From contig JAIZWL010000001.1 of NCBI GenBank assembly GCA_021498125.1, positions 773,434 to 837,433 of the forward strand: a DNA stretch of 64,000 nucleotides, read 5' to 3'. This stretch comes from Candidatus Thorarchaeota archaeon. GTDB taxonomy: Archaea; Asgardarchaeota; Thorarchaeia; Thorarchaeales; Thorarchaeaceae. The notes beneath the pieces are model-generated. The model ran no database searches and was not told the DNA's origin. It saw only the letters and a program-made list of their open reading frames with translations. Below are positions 36,962 to 47,534 of the stretch, piece after piece; position 1 is the first letter of the stretch; each line of letters begins with the position of its first letter. Position numbers and translations under genes: made by a program.

Positions 36962-37954
36962 TCATACGTGTCTATATGCAGTATCATTCACAAGATTTTT
37001 TGGTCTTATACCCTTCAGGCCTGCAAGCAAGTTTTCCGCGCACATGAGTGACATCTTTGATCGGGTTTCGACGCTTGCACTTCCAATATGAGGCGCGAGT
37101 ATCACATTTGGAAGTGAGATCAAGGGACTGTCTTGGGAGAGTGGTTCTTTTGTGAAGACATCAAGGCCCGCTGCACGAATCCATCCTTTTTGCAAGGCCT
37201 CGATCAGGGCCTCCTCGTGCACTACAGGTCCCCGTGCAGTATTGATGAGCACCGCAGTCGGTTTCATCCGTCTTAGACGTTCTCGATTGATGAGGTGTCG
37301 TGTGTGTTTTGTTAGAGGCACATGCAATGAGACAAAGTCTGATTGTTCTAAGAGCGTATCAAGATCGACTCGTAACGCCCCTAATTCGTCTTCAGCCTTC
37401 TTGGTTGTTGTGGATTCCGATCTATTTGTGTATATGATCTTCATGCCGAATCCACGAGCGCGTCTTGCAACGGCGAAGCCTATTCGTCCCATACCTACTA
37501 TTCCAATAGTTGCATCATAGATGTCGCGGCCTAGAAGTAATTGTGGCCCCCACGCGACCTTCCATTGGCCGTTACGAACGTACTTGTCCGCCTCGACAAT
37601 CCTTCTTGAGGCTGCCATCAGCAGTGCCCATGCCAGATCCGCGGTCGTCTCAGTCAGTACTCCGGGTGTGTTAGTCACCAATATCCCCTTCTTTGTTGCA
37701 GCCTCAACGTCAATATTGTCGTAACCTACAGCATACTGGGCAATTACACGGAGCTTGGGAAGGCTCTCGATCACATGGGCATTGATCGGATCAGAGAGTA
37801 GTGTGACGATTCCCTCGCAATCCTGTGAGACATCGATGATCTCTTGTTCTGTTGGTGGTGTTTCCTTTTCCCATACAATGGCATCGCACTCTTTTTTGAT
37901 AATGTTCAGCCCTTCTTCTGGGATCTTCCGTGTGACAAACACTTTGGCCAGCAT
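36962..37954 (-). CDS. D-isomer-specific 2-hydroxyacid dehydrogenase (glyoxylate/hydroxypyruvate reductase or short PGDH-like)
   Basis: 'GIVGMGRIGFAVARRARGFGMKIIY' NAD Rossmann motif, 'LLMAASRRIVEADKYVRNGQWK', and catalytic 'HIGSAS'. Confidence 0.8.
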   Translation of the reverse strand: MLAKVFVTRKIPEEGLNIIKKECDAIVWEKETPPTEQEIIDVSQDCEGIVTLLSDPINAHVIESLPKLRVIAQYAVGYDNIDVEAATKKGILVTNTPGVLTETTADLAWALLMAASRRIVEADKYVRNGQWKVAWGPQLLLGRDIYDATIGIVGMGRIGFAVARRARGFGMKIIYTNRSESTTTKKAEDELGALRVDLDTLLEQSDFVSLHVPLTKHTRHLINRERLRRMKPTAVLINTARGPVVHEEALIEALQKGWIRAAGLDVFTKEPLSQDSPLISLPNVILAPHIGSASVETRSKMSLMCAENLLAGLKGIRPKNLVNDTAYRHV

Positions 37955-38054
37955 CTCTGTATTCTCCTATTGGCTATGACTGTTCTCTCGTATTCGAATT
38001 TTACGTTTAGTGCGATTTTGATGATTCACTTCCTTGAGTAGTTTTTCTCAAATG

Positions 38055-38088
38055 GCAATATGTGCGTTGACAATATTGCTTATATAAC
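38055..38088 (+). promoter_or_regulatory. Palindrome GCAATAT-N11-ATATTGC abutting the TATA box 'CTTATATAAC', about 35 bp upstream of the ATG at 38119
   Basis: 7-bp perfect inverted arms at 38055-38061 and 38073-38079, followed by the AT-rich TATA-like element at 38079-38088. Confidence 0.45.
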
Positions 38089-38118
38089 AAAGTTAGATAG
38101 TGTACTTGGGTTTCAACG

Positions 38119-38385
38119 ATGTCCTTAGAATTACCACGGAGTGCAATCATTGTTCTGGATCGATTACAGCATGATGGACCAATGACCCCCAAGGACATCT
38201 CAACCAAAGTCGATCTTGCCCCACGAACTGTTTCCTTTGCTCTTCGAAAACTTGTTCGCCACAAACTATGTCGCAAGATCCCAAATCTGGCAGATATGCG
38301 ACAGCCGCTCTATTTTGTTGAAGAGGAGAGAGCTCGTGAGCTACGGATGAAATACGAACATGTGTTTCGCCAAGTTCTCATGTGA
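38119..38385 (+). CDS. Small winged-helix transcriptional regulator (88 aa)
   Basis: 'IIVLDRLQHDGPMTPKDISTKVDLAPRTVSFALRKLVRHKLC' wHTH. Confidence 0.55.
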   Translation: MSLELPRSAIIVLDRLQHDGPMTPKDISTKVDLAPRTVSFALRKLVRHKLCRKIPNLADMRQPLYFVEEERARELRMKYEHVFRQVLM

Positions 38386-38495
38386 TGGGATGATACACCT
38401 CTTGTTGTTCGAATTTTTTTTCTCTTTTTCATTATTCGGACTCAGCCGCAACGTTTTTGACATAAACCTGTAGCTCTGATACTAACACATAGGAG

Positions 38496-38690
38496 ATGAC
38501 ATGTATGGCACATGAAGGACTTTCACTATTTTTGATCATATTAGGCGTCATCCTCTTGCTGGGTTATTATTTTGGTCCTCGAAATGAAGTACGTGAGTTC
38601 AAGCGGCTAGAGGGTAAGATCATGTTGATTCCTACGGGAGTTCTCTTGTTCATCATTGCAGGGATCATATTTTCAGGGATTATTGGTTGA
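38496..38690 (+). CDS. Possible small 2-TM membrane protein (64 aa)
   Basis: Two hydrophobic helices. No other support. Confidence 0.3.
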   Translation: MTCMAHEGLSLFLIILGVILLLGYYFGPRNEVREFKRLEGKIMLIPTGVLLFIIAGIIFSGIIG

Positions 38691-38710
38691 ATCGCTCGTG
38701 GATTGGTCTC

Positions 38711-39673
38711 CTATTCCTGCACTCGTAACTCAACGAGTCGGCAAAAGAGTGCAGCAGAGAGAAGATCCGCTGTCGTTCCCGGGTTGAGAAGGTTGCCCTG
38801 AGCCCGTAGGATCATATCTAGTCGCTGTAGCTGCTCGATTCCCTTCAGGCCTGTCTGCAATGTTTCTCTTGCAGCTCTCTGTACATCCTTTGCGGGAGTG
38901 ATTCCAGCTCTCTTGATAATGTGGTTGTCCGGTTCAAGTGATAATCTCCAGACAAACACTTCAACAATTGCTTCTTCTGCGTCAGCGAGACCGTGCATGG
39001 TTTTTCGCAGTGCAGGGAGGGTCTCAAAGATGGTCGAATGATAATAGTTTGACCACTCTTCACATATACGATCGACTTTTGACGACATCCGAAAGAGTTC
39101 CCCAAGTGTGATATTATCTGCACGAATGTTATCATAGACCTCAGGATTATCGAGATCGTATCGTGTATGTTGGTCTGTCCAATTTTCTAATGTCTTGTGC
39201 TTGTCGCCACGAGGGTTGACAAGATGAAGGGCCTTGTAGAGATCGATCGTATCCTCAACAGTTGTGGAATTAATGATGCTTCTCAGGTAATTTATCATGA
39301 GCATAGTGTCCAGATACTTGTTCTCCGATATTGCCGCGGCCATTGCAATAGCAAGTGGGATGTGAAGAAGTATAGTTCCCAGAATTGTGTTGTGCCTATT
39401 CATGTCTGTGAATACATCTGTTGCGGTCTCAAGTACAAGTTCCCCGAGTCGAATCTCCTGCGGGTCGATGACGCCATTCGCGAGCAGTAGCCCTTGAGAC
39501 GCAGCGTGATAGATCCCCTCTCCGATCAAGGTGGCACTGGCCAGAAAGTGACGGTAGCCAATATCGGAAAAGCCCGCGCCTCTATTCACGTTTCCCGGTT
39601 TAGGTGCACTGACCTCAAGAAGAACTGCTAGCTGACTCGACTGTGAGATCATCCAGGGTATATCACGCGACAT
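38711..39673 (-). CDS. Triphosphoribosyl-dephospho-CoA synthase (CitG/MdcB) family protein
   Basis: 'EVSAPKPGNVNRGAGFSDIGYRHFLASA' matches the CitG N-terminal signature (E.S..KPG.V.R....F.D..Y..F..SA). Confidence 0.7.
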   Translation of the reverse strand: MSRDIPWMISQSSQLAVLLEVSAPKPGNVNRGAGFSDIGYRHFLASATLIGEGIYHAASQGLLLANGVIDPQEIRLGELVLETATDVFTDMNRHNTILGTILLHIPLAIAMAAAISENKYLDTMLMINYLRSIINSTTVEDTIDLYKALHLVNPRGDKHKTLENWTDQHTRYDLDNPEVYDNIRADNITLGELFRMSSKVDRICEEWSNYYHSTIFETLPALRKTMHGLADAEEAIVEVFVWRLSLEPDNHIIKRAGITPAKDVQRAARETLQTGLKGIEQLQRLDMILRAQGNLLNPGTTADLLSAALFCRLVELRVQE

Positions 39674-39686
39674 ACATCACATCTGT

Positions 39687-40100
39687 GTGGGCTTCCTTAT
39701 GGTCTTTGTCAGTCGATGCAGAAATGATAAAAAGCAGTACACTCTTTCAACAAATGAGGCAAGGACAGTGAGTATCTCGGCACGATTGACATTCTCACAG
39801 GTTGGACTGTTTGTTTCTATAATTGTATATCTTGCAGTCAGAGGATTCTTTGTAGTTCTCAATATAGGTCTTCTATGGACCCAAGCGGGAGGATTTCTTA
39901 GTATTGCCTTTCCTCTGATCCCTGTTATTGTGATGGGCTTTACTGCATGTGTCGTGTCTTATGGTTACTCCTATCTTGGTCTCTGGGTGATGGATCATAA
40001 TCAACCGATCCTTGGTATCCTGCTCATCTTTCTCGGTGTGATCCTTATTCCCGGTGCCCTCGGCGTCTATTCTTGGGTCTATTTTCCGTTCCTCACGTGA
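39687..40100 (+). CDS. Possible small integral membrane protein (3-4 TM)
   Basis: Hydrophobic helices. Overlaps the 3' end of the Sir2 gene by 8 nt on the opposite strand. Confidence 0.35.
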   Translation: MGFLMVFVSRCRNDKKQYTLSTNEARTVSISARLTFSQVGLFVSIIVYLAVRGFFVVLNIGLLWTQAGGFLSIAFPLIPVIVMGFTACVVSYGYSYLGLWVMDHNQPILGILLIFLGVILIPGALGVYSWVYFPFLT

Positions 40101-40842
40101 TCCCTACAAGCTGTGGTAGGATCACTGATGCACGACCCTTAAGCACTATGTCACCGACGCCGTCCTTGTTATCCCCTTGGAGCGTCACGATGATGATCTT
40201 GGCCCCCGAGTCCTTTGCAAGCTGAGGCAAATATGCAGCAGGGTAGACACTAAGACTGGTCCCGACCACAAGCATGAGATCTGCTTCTCGGCATACCTTG
40301 ACTGCATCCGCCATTGCCTGTTCTGGTAACGGCTCACCGAAGAGGATCGCCTCTGACTTGAGAACTCCCCCACACGCTGTGCATTTTGGTGGTATCTCCC
40401 CTTCTACAACTCTCCTGTGAACGTCTTCTCCGACGTAGACCTTTCCACATTTCATACATGTTGCTCGCAGGTAATTTCCATGAAGTTCTATGACCCGCTT
40501 ACTCCCAGCAGATTGGTGCAGATTGTCGATGTTCTGTGTAATGAGGCCGATTAGTTTTCCCTGTCGTTCTAATTCCGCAAGGGCGTAGTGTGCAGGATTC
40601 GGTCTGGCCTTTAAGATCACTTCGGCAAGTTCTCTTCCCATCGTCCAGAACTTGCTTGGGTCCTCAAGAAACCGTTCATACGTTGCATACTCGAAAGGGT
40701 CGTATCTGCGCCAGAGTCCCCCCTCGGATCGAAAATCGGGGATTCCGGAGTCCACACTTATGCCGGCCCCTGTGAGTGCGGTTATCTTGTGTGACTGTGA
40801 GACGAGGACTCTTGCTCTTTGGATATCTGCATCAAGGGTCAT
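40093..40842 (-). CDS. cobB: NAD-dependent protein deacylase, Sir2 family
   Basis: '[15 protein letters not shown]', 'ITQNIDNLH' and the zinc ribbon 'CMKCGK...CTACGG'. Confidence 0.9.
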   Translation of the reverse strand: MTLDADIQRARVLVSQSHKITALTGAGISVDSGIPDFRSEGGLWRRYDPFEYATYERFLEDPSKFWTMGRELAEVILKARPNPAHYALAELERQGKLIGLITQNIDNLHQSAGSKRVIELHGNYLRATCMKCGKVYVGEDVHRRVVEGEIPPKCTACGGVLKSEAILFGEPLPEQAMADAVKVCREADLMLVVGTSLSVYPAAYLPQLAKDSGAKIIIVTLQGDNKDGVGDIVLKGRASVILPQLVGIT

Positions 40843-41049
40843 ACGAACTGAATGGTCAGTGTAACACTTCTTAGTTTCGGTTTACGAAAATAGCTATGTC
40901 GAAAGCTTTTTCTTTTGATGGGCTTCAAGACCGGACGAGTCACCGAGGGAGGCTGAAACCATATATTCAGCGCCCCGGCCGTATCTTTGGTTCGGCTGGC
41001 TTCTGTACTTGTTTCCCTTTACATCACTACAGGCAAGAGTGTGCCGAGA

Positions 41050-41649
41050 ATGAGCGAGAAAGATAGAGAGCAGGATATTGAGCTGGCCTCGGTGGAGAAT
41101 GATGATGAAGAGGCATTCGAGTTGGTACCTGAAGATGAACTCGAAGTCCAGCGTTCAAGGGCCGATGAGCTTTTTGATAAATTGCAACGGGTGCAAGCGG
41201 ACTTTGAAAACTACCGTAAGCGTATGGATGCTCGGTTCGCTGAGACCGCAAAATACGCCAGTGAGGCGATTCTGCTCAAAGTGCTGGAGATCTATGACAA
41301 TCTCGAGCGAGCCCTTGAGGTCGACTTCGAGACCGACCCGAAGGCTGCCAAAGAGGGGATTGCCGCCATCAAACAACAGATGGACACCCTCCTTACTCAA
41401 GAGGGCGTTCGCCCCATGGATCCATTAGGTAAGCCTTTTGACCCATATTATCAGTACTCTGTTCACAAGACCAATGATCCCGACAAACCGGATGGTGTGG
41501 TTGTCGAGGTCTATCAAAAGGGGTACATGTTTCGCGAGAAAGTCCTGAGACCAGCTCTCGTCTGTGTCAATCGAACTGAACCTAAGGAGTCCGGCACTGA
41601 ACCCAGTAGTGAGTCGAGTTCGACCACTGAAAAGGAGGATGGTGAATAA
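41050..41649 (+). CDS. grpE: Nucleotide exchange factor GrpE
   Basis: '[13 protein letters not shown]', '...[17 protein letters not shown]'. The ORF opens at 40987, and the Met at 41050 gives a typical length. Confidence 0.9.
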   Translation: MSEKDREQDIELASVENDDEEAFELVPEDELEVQRSRADELFDKLQRVQADFENYRKRMDARFAETAKYASEAILLKVLEIYDNLERALEVDFETDPKAAKEGIAAIKQQMDTLLTQEGVRPMDPLGKPFDPYYQYSVHKTNDPDKPDGVVVEVYQKGYMFREKVLRPALVCVNRTEPKESGTEPSSESSSTTEKEDGE

Positions 41650-41650
41650 A

Positions 41651-43552
41651 ATGTCACGAATCGTAGGAATTGACCTTGGAACAACAAATAGCGGTATTGC
41701 ATACATGGAGGGTGGCAAACCCACCATTATACCAAATGCCGAAGGGAAACGACTGACCCCATCAGTAGTAGGCATCACACAGCAGGGTGAGATTGTGGTT
41801 GGCGAGCTTGCAAAACGCCAAGCGGTCTCAATGCCAGAACGCACAGTACGTTCGATTAAGAGAAAGATGGGTCAGGACTATCGTGTGAAGATCGGAGATA
41901 AGGAGTACACGCCGCAGGAGATCTCTGCAATGATTCTTCGAAAGCTCAAAGAGGATGCCGAGGCATTCCTTGGTGAGAAGATCGAGAAAGCGGTCATTAC
42001 AGTTCCTGCATACTTCAATGATAGTCAGCGTCAGGCGACTAAAGATGCTGGACGTATCGCTGGTCTTGAGGTCGTTCGAATCATTAACGAACCGACTGCC
42101 TCTGCATTAGCCTACGGCCTCGACAAAGGAAAAGAACTCAAAGTCTTGGTCTATGATCTTGGTGGCGGGACCTTTGATGTCTCTATCCTTGATATCGGTG
42201 AAGATGTATATTCAGTCCTCGCGACGAGCGGAAACACCCGACTTGGCGGTGATGATTGGGACCAGCGAGTAATCGATTGGGTCGTCGAGGAATTCAAGAA
42301 GGAGACTGGTATTGACATCACAGCGGATCGGTCAGCGATGCAACGGATTCGTGATGCAGCCGAACAGGCAAAGATCGAGCTCTCAACTGTTCAGAAGACA
42401 GTCATCAACCTTCCTTATATCACGGCTGATGAGACCGGGCCAAAGCATATCAATTTTGAACTGACTCGTGCTAAGTTTGAGCAGATGACGGATGATTTGG
42501 TTCAAGCAACTATGGGACCAATTCGTCAGGCGCTTCAAGACGCCAACCTCGAGGCCGAAAACATTGACAAGGTCTTGCTGGTCGGTGGGGCCACACGAAT
42601 GCCAATGGTTCAAAACTTGATCCGGAACCTATTAGGAAAGGATGGCGAGAAGAGCATTAATCCTGACGAATGTGTAGCTCTTGGCGCAGCAGTCCAAGCA
42701 GGAGTTCTCTCTGGTGAGGTCAAGGATATACTGCTGTTGGATGTGACACCACTCACTCTGGGCATCGAGACCCTTGGTGGTGTGTCCACGCCTATCATTC
42801 CACGCAATTCCACAATTCCCACTCGTAAGAGCCAGATCTTTACTACCGCCGCTGATAATCAGACAGTTGTTGAGATTCATGTTGTCCAAGGAGAGCGGCC
42901 TCTTGCTAAAGATAATATGACTCTCGGCAAGTTCCAACTGGTCGGTATTCCTCCTGCGCCTCGTGGAACCCCCCAGATTGAAGTCACATTTGATATCGAT
43001 GCAAATGGTATTGTCAAGGTTTCTGCAAAAGACAAGGCCACTGGCAATGAGCAATCGATCACTATTACTGCGACCACTAATCTTTCTCAGGATGAGATTG
43101 AGCGTATGGTCCAAGACGCGCAGAAGTATGCGGAGGAAGATGCCAAGCGTAAGGCTCAGATTGAGGTCAAGAACAATGCTGAGACCCTGATATACCAGGG
43201 CGAGAAGATGGTCCGTGACCTTGGCGATAAGATACCGGATGATCTCAAGAAAGAATTCGAGCAGAAGTCCAAGGATCTCCGGACGGCTATGGAAGCTGAC
43301 GACTTTGAAAAGATCAAGTCGGGAACCGAAGAGCTTCAGCAGGTCATCTTCAAGATGTCCGAAAAAGTCTATGGTGCTGCTGGCCCCGGAGCAGCGGGAT
43401 TCGATCCCTCCTCTATGGCGGGTGCCGGTGCTGGCGCAGGTGCAGGTCCACAGTTCGGTGCTGGTGGCCCAACTACAACATCCACTGCTTCCGCATCTAA
43501 CGACGATGACGAGAATGTTGTAGATGTAGACTTTGAGGATCTTGACGAGTAA
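41651..43552 (+). CDS. dnaK: Molecular chaperone DnaK (Hsp70)
   Basis: '[11 protein letters not shown]', '[12 protein letters not shown]', '[11 protein letters not shown]'. ATG lies 2 nt after the grpE stop, with AAGGAGGA upstream. Confidence 0.97.
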   Translation: MSRIVGIDLGTTNSGIAYMEGGKPTIIPNAEGKRLTPSVVGITQQGEIVVGELAKRQAVSMPERTVRSIKRKMGQDYRVKIGDKEYTPQEISAMILRKLKEDAEAFLGEKIEKAVITVPAYFNDSQRQATKDAGRIAGLEVVRIINEPTASALAYGLDKGKELKVLVYDLGGGTFDVSILDIGEDVYSVLATSGNTRLGGDDWDQRVIDWVVEEFKKETGIDITADRSAMQRIRDAAEQAKIELSTVQKTVINLPYITADETGPKHINFELTRAKFEQMTDDLVQATMGPIRQALQDANLEAENIDKVLLVGGATRMPMVQNLIRNLLGKDGEKSINPDECVALGAAVQAGVLSGEVKDILLLDVTPLTLGIETLGGVSTPIIPRNSTIPTRKSQIFTTAADNQTVVEIHVVQGERPLAKDNMTLGKFQLVGIPPAPRGTPQIEVTFDIDANGIVKVSAKDKATGNEQSITITATTNLSQDEIERMVQDAQKYAEEDAKRKAQIEVKNNAETLIYQGEKMVRDLGDKIPDDLKKEFEQKSKDLRTAMEADDFEKIKSGTEELQQVIFKMSEKVYGAAGPGAAGFDPSSMAGAGAGAGAGPQFGAGGPTTTSTASASNDDDENVVDVDFEDLDE

Positions 43553-43568
43553 GGGATGGTGATGCTCC

Positions 43569-44609
43569 TTGGCAGATGAAGAGGACTACTACGCAATATT
43601 AGGTGTGAGCAGAAGCGCCACCCAAGACGAGATCAAGCGAGCGTACCGTCGGTTGGCCAAGGAGTACCACCCCGACCTCAACCCGGGGGACAAGAACGCT
43701 GAAGAGAAGTTCAAGCAGATCAATGAGGCCTATTCGGTACTTAGTGACCCTGAGAAACGGGCGAATTATGACCGCTATGGGACTGCGGACTTTCAGGGTA
43801 TCCACATGGATGACCTGAGCGATCTCTTCAAGCAGTTCTTTAGTGGATTTGGCGGATTCGGAAGCTTTGGCATGGATGAACGAGGTAGCGTTCTTCGTGG
43901 TCGCAATCTTCGTCTGAACATCCGCTTGACATTTGAAGAGGCCTTCTTTGGTACAGAAAAGACCGTTTCATTCCGTCGTCAGGTCCCCTGTGAGGTATGC
44001 CACGGATCAGGAGCCGCCCCGGGTTCGTCACCTCGACGTTGCCCAACTTGTGGAGGGCGTGGGCAGGTCATGCGCAGAATGGGAGGTTTCATGGCGGTCT
44101 CGCAGACCTGCCCCACCTGTCAAGGCCTTGGTGAGATCATTGATACTCCCTGCAAGAAATGCAAAGGTACTGGTCTTCGGCGCGAAGAGGTCAAGATCAA
44201 GATACCCATTCCTCCCGGTGTCGAGGATGGCATGGCTCAGCGTATTCGTGGTGGTGGTGATGCTGGTCCTCGTGGAGGCCCATCTGGCGATCTTATACTA
44301 ATGTTCCATGTCAAGCCTCACGAGAAGTTTGTTCGTCGTGGGCTACACGTCTATCTGGAGCAAGATATACCCTTTGACATTGCAGTGCTTGGTGGTCAGG
44401 TCGAAGTACCGACCATGTGGGGTGCGAGTGAGATCAAGATTCCCAAGGGAACGAGAGATGGGTCACTATTCCGGATGAAAGGAAAGGGTGTTCATACAGA
44501 AGATGGTCGGAGCGGAGATCAACTCGTGCGTGTCCATATTGAAGTCCCGAAGAAATTAACAAAGAAGCAACGCGAGTACCTCTCAAAGTTCAAAGAGGTC
44601 TTCCGTTAG
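43569..44609 (+). CDS. dnaJ: Chaperone DnaJ (J domain, CxxCxGxG zinc-finger repeats, CTD)
   Basis: '[33 protein letters not shown]', four CxxCxG repeats. TTG start. Confidence 0.93.
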   Translation: MADEEDYYAILGVSRSATQDEIKRAYRRLAKEYHPDLNPGDKNAEEKFKQINEAYSVLSDPEKRANYDRYGTADFQGIHMDDLSDLFKQFFSGFGGFGSFGMDERGSVLRGRNLRLNIRLTFEEAFFGTEKTVSFRRQVPCEVCHGSGAAPGSSPRRCPTCGGRGQVMRRMGGFMAVSQTCPTCQGLGEIIDTPCKKCKGTGLRREEVKIKIPIPPGVEDGMAQRIRGGGDAGPRGGPSGDLILMFHVKPHEKFVRRGLHVYLEQDIPFDIAVLGGQVEVPTMWGASEIKIPKGTRDGSLFRMKGKGVHTEDGRSGDQLVRVHIEVPKKLTKKQREYLSKFKEVFR

Positions 44610-45175
44610 AACTCTTTAGGTTTGCAGAGGCACACACGCATCTTCAACAGGGGGAACTCACTGGTGTATGCGGGACTGATCAGCCACGCTGTATCAGCAC
44701 CTCTTCCAGTCCCCCCGATTGTGATCACGTCTTTATCTACGGGGATGAGTCCTGCATCTGCAGCCATCATTGCAATTTCAGCGCAGACCTTTGTTCCTTG
44801 CCCAAAGGTACGAAAGGCGACAGCCATCAACTCAGTTGGTGTCCATGTGCCCAGCATTTTTCTAAAGCTGCGGGCGATACCAGCTAATGCATGAGTTGCT
44901 GTGAGGATGTCAGCTCCCGCTTTCTTGATCTCTTCACGATTCTCTTCTTTCAGTTCGTTAAAGTTCGGAGCTGCAAATCCCGTCATATGTGATACAACCA
45001 CAACGTGTTTGTCAGTGAATTGTTGGGCGGCAAGCACACCCGTTGTGCCCTCAGTCGTGGCGACCACGATATGTTCGATCTCAGGATGCGCTTTGACGAA
45101 TGCCCCAACAATTTCCAGTACTTCTTGAGTGTGTTGAGGTGATGCCTCATCAAAATAGCGAGTTTCTATCCGCAT
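44606..45175 (-). CDS. Conserved hypothetical protein, possibly pyruvate-kinase C-terminal alpha/beta-domain-like
   Basis: '[28 protein letters not shown]' resembles the PK C-terminal domain core. This is a weak call. Confidence 0.4.
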   Translation of the reverse strand: MRIETRYFDEASPQHTQEVLEIVGAFVKAHPEIEHIVVATTEGTTGVLAAQQFTDKHVVVVSHMTGFAAPNFNELKEENREEIKKAGADILTATHALAGIARSFRKMLGTWTPTELMAVAFRTFGQGTKVCAEIAMMAADAGLIPVDKDVITIGGTGRGADTAWLISPAYTSEFPLLKMRVCLCKPKEF

Positions 45176-45205
45176 AGAGCATACCTTCCTTACGAGCCGT
45201 CTGAA

Positions 45206-45652
45206 TCATTTGGTACTCTCTTCAGCCTGCCAATTTCTGATGATTCCCTCTAAGATAGCAAATATAAACAAGACCAGAAATGCAGTCATAAAGTCAATGC
45301 TCTCAACAACCTGTGAGATATACCACGCAGCAGGAATTGACACAATTATGAAAGCAATTGACCTGAGAGTGAAATATCTGATCTTACTCTTCTCTTTCTC
45401 TTGTTCCTCTGTGGGCTGTGCTTGACCTATTTCTTCTGCGATCTCCTCAGGGGTTCCCATCTCCCTCAGGACTTCCGTCAGGAGTTCGTTCTGGTTCCTG
45501 TCTGGCATCGATTGCATCTTCTCATTGAGTGCCTCAATAATGTGTTCTTTCAAATCCTGTAAGAGATCCTCGGTCTCAAAGTCGTCAGGCAGATTCTTTC
45601 CAACCCTTTTCAGAAATTCATCAATGGCAACCTCAGTTTCTTTCTCGATCAT
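45206..45652 (-). CDS. PadR-associated membrane-anchored protein (DUF1700-like)
   Basis: Helical N-terminal domain plus two C-terminal TM helices. Its start overlaps the stop of the padR-like gene by 4 nt. Confidence 0.55.
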   Translation of the reverse strand: MIEKETEVAIDEFLKRVGKNLPDDFETEDLLQDLKEHIIEALNEKMQSMPDRNQNELLTEVLREMGTPEEIAEEIGQAQPTEEQEKEKSKIRYFTLRSIAFIIVSIPAAWYISQVVESIDFMTAFLVLFIFAILEGIIRNWQAEESTK

Positions 45653-46014
45653 TTCATCAAAGCCTCCAGTCGCTCAAATACACTTGACAATGTCACGGTG
45701 AGTTCTCGGTACACTCTATCCCCTTCACCAGTGAGGACGTACACTTTTCTCTTTGGTCCTGCATCCGATCTCTCAACCCGCACGTTGAGCAGATGTTCCT
45801 TTCTTAGTCTATGAAGAATCGGATAAAGAGTACCCTCCTTGACACCCAGCAGTCCACCTGTCCGTTTATCAAGTTCGCGTGCGATACCATAGCCGTGAAT
45901 CCCCCTCTCGTATTGTCGAACTATGGCAAGAACAGCATACTGTAAGAGACCTCTTCTAATCTCTATCTTCCAGCTGTCCTCGAATGCCATATTCTCTCTC
46001 ACGGCAGACTTCAA
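45649..46014 (-). CDS. PadR-family transcriptional regulator
   Basis: 'LQYAVLAIVRQYERGIHGYGIARELDKRTGGLLGVKEGTLYPILHRLRKEHLL'. Confidence 0.75.
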   Translation of the reverse strand: MKSAVRENMAFEDSWKIEIRRGLLQYAVLAIVRQYERGIHGYGIARELDKRTGGLLGVKEGTLYPILHRLRKEHLLNVRVERSDAGPKRKVYVLTGEGDRVYRELTVTLSSVFERLEALMK

Positions 46015-46069
46015 CTCCGATAGTGTCAGTCTAGTTGACCTTTAACTTAAGTCTGACTAAAAACGCGAA

Positions 46070-47410
46070 TTATACATTATCGCTTCTAATTCTTCTTCCA
46101 AGCCGGGAGAGTATTTCAGCTCTCATTGTAGAGGCATACTGGCGAGGCTCGTGAAGGAAGATGAATAAGAATGCAGCAAAGAATCTCAGGACTCCACTCA
46201 GTATAAGCATGGCAAATGCTGCATCATGGTCTCCCACTATCGGGACTAATGCTTGACCAAGAATCCCTGCAAGCAGACTGCCTCCCAGAAAGATGATTCC
46301 TGTAAATGTGTTATAGACCGACAGATATGATCCTCTCTCTTCCTCTGGTGCAATATCGTAGATATATGCCGTCAGCGCATTGAACGCCCCAGCTATAGCG
46401 AATCCTGCGACCGCATTAGCAATATAGATCATTATGGTCGTTGTAGCAAATGCGTAGATGATTGGCACAATGAAGAGCGTTCCTCGCCCCACCAGAATCA
46501 GTGGTTTTCGTCCCACACGATCACTAAGTCTTCCCAGAGGTCCTGTGAAGATGACAGTCGTAATGGCCATGATAGCAGAGGCCAAGCCGATCTCGAAGAG
46601 TGTGTTATGAAGCCACACTCTCTGGACCACCGAAAAATAAGGCCATGCCATCGACATCCCAAAGGAGAAGAATGTTGCAACAGCACAGAGTCTTCTAAAA
46701 TCACCCGGTTGTGAGAGCAGTTTGTGGATGGGTGGCAGTTCGCGTCGATTTGCGAGGTCTCGTGGTTTTTCTTTAATGGTCGCTGCCAGAATAGATGCGA
46801 TGATGCCTACTATCGCGGTAATATAAAATGGAATATAATATATTTCTCTCCAAGTTTCTACGGGCGGAAACAAGATGGGCCCCAAGTCACCGAGTGATGC
46901 TCGCAAGAATGGCAAGATTGCAGGAACGCCTGCAATAAACCCTGATATCAGAGTTGCACTGAGAGCGGCACTGTTAGTTGCAATGGATAATTTCCCAAGT
47001 TCCTCTCCTCTGTTATCTTCATCCATCATTCCGCCGATTAGAGAGAGCCACGTAGGGATTTGGATGCTGAGCAACACTGACTGGATACCGTAGAGGATGA
47101 TCATGTCGATTGGTGTTGCGGCCCAGAGGAATAGGAAGACTGTGAAGAGGCCAGTGAGTATGCCAAAGACAACAAATGGTTTGGTCCGACCTACTTTATC
47201 CGATCCTGTTCCCCAGATAGGTTGTAGCATTGTGGGTGCAAAATTCCCAACACTACGAAAGGCACTGAGTTCAGCATAGTTGGCACCCATATCGATGAGA
47301 TAGGTCGAGAGAAATGGCGCATACATTCCCTGAGCGAATTGCGTGAGCGATCCAACAATGAACACTCGTGAGGGGAGTCTACCATTCTTCCGTTCTTTGT
47401 TCTCAGACAT
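46070..47410 (-). CDS. MFS transporter
   Basis: 12 TM helices with the MFS loop motif 'GSDKVGRTKP' and related sequence. Confidence 0.8.
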   Translation of the reverse strand: MSENKERKNGRLPSRVFIVGSLTQFAQGMYAPFLSTYLIDMGANYAELSAFRSVGNFAPTMLQPIWGTGSDKVGRTKPFVVFGILTGLFTVFLFLWAATPIDMIILYGIQSVLLSIQIPTWLSLIGGMMDEDNRGEELGKLSIATNSAALSATLISGFIAGVPAILPFLRASLGDLGPILFPPVETWREIYYIPFYITAIVGIIASILAATIKEKPRDLANRRELPPIHKLLSQPGDFRRLCAVATFFSFGMSMAWPYFSVVQRVWLHNTLFEIGLASAIMAITTVIFTGPLGRLSDRVGRKPLILVGRGTLFIVPIIYAFATTTIMIYIANAVAGFAIAGAFNALTAYIYDIAPEEERGSYLSVYNTFTGIIFLGGSLLAGILGQALVPIVGDHDAAFAMLILSGVLRFFAAFLFIFLHEPRQYASTMRAEILSRLGRRIRSDNV

Positions 47411-47534
47411 GGCTGATTTGCTCCGGCTGGTGGCTCGCTGGCCTTCACTCTAGGTATTAACTGTAAGCTTGACGGTAACATGGTCCAACCGAAGTTGTTA
47501 TGTATAACATTGTGTGTTTCTCGAAATGTAGTGA

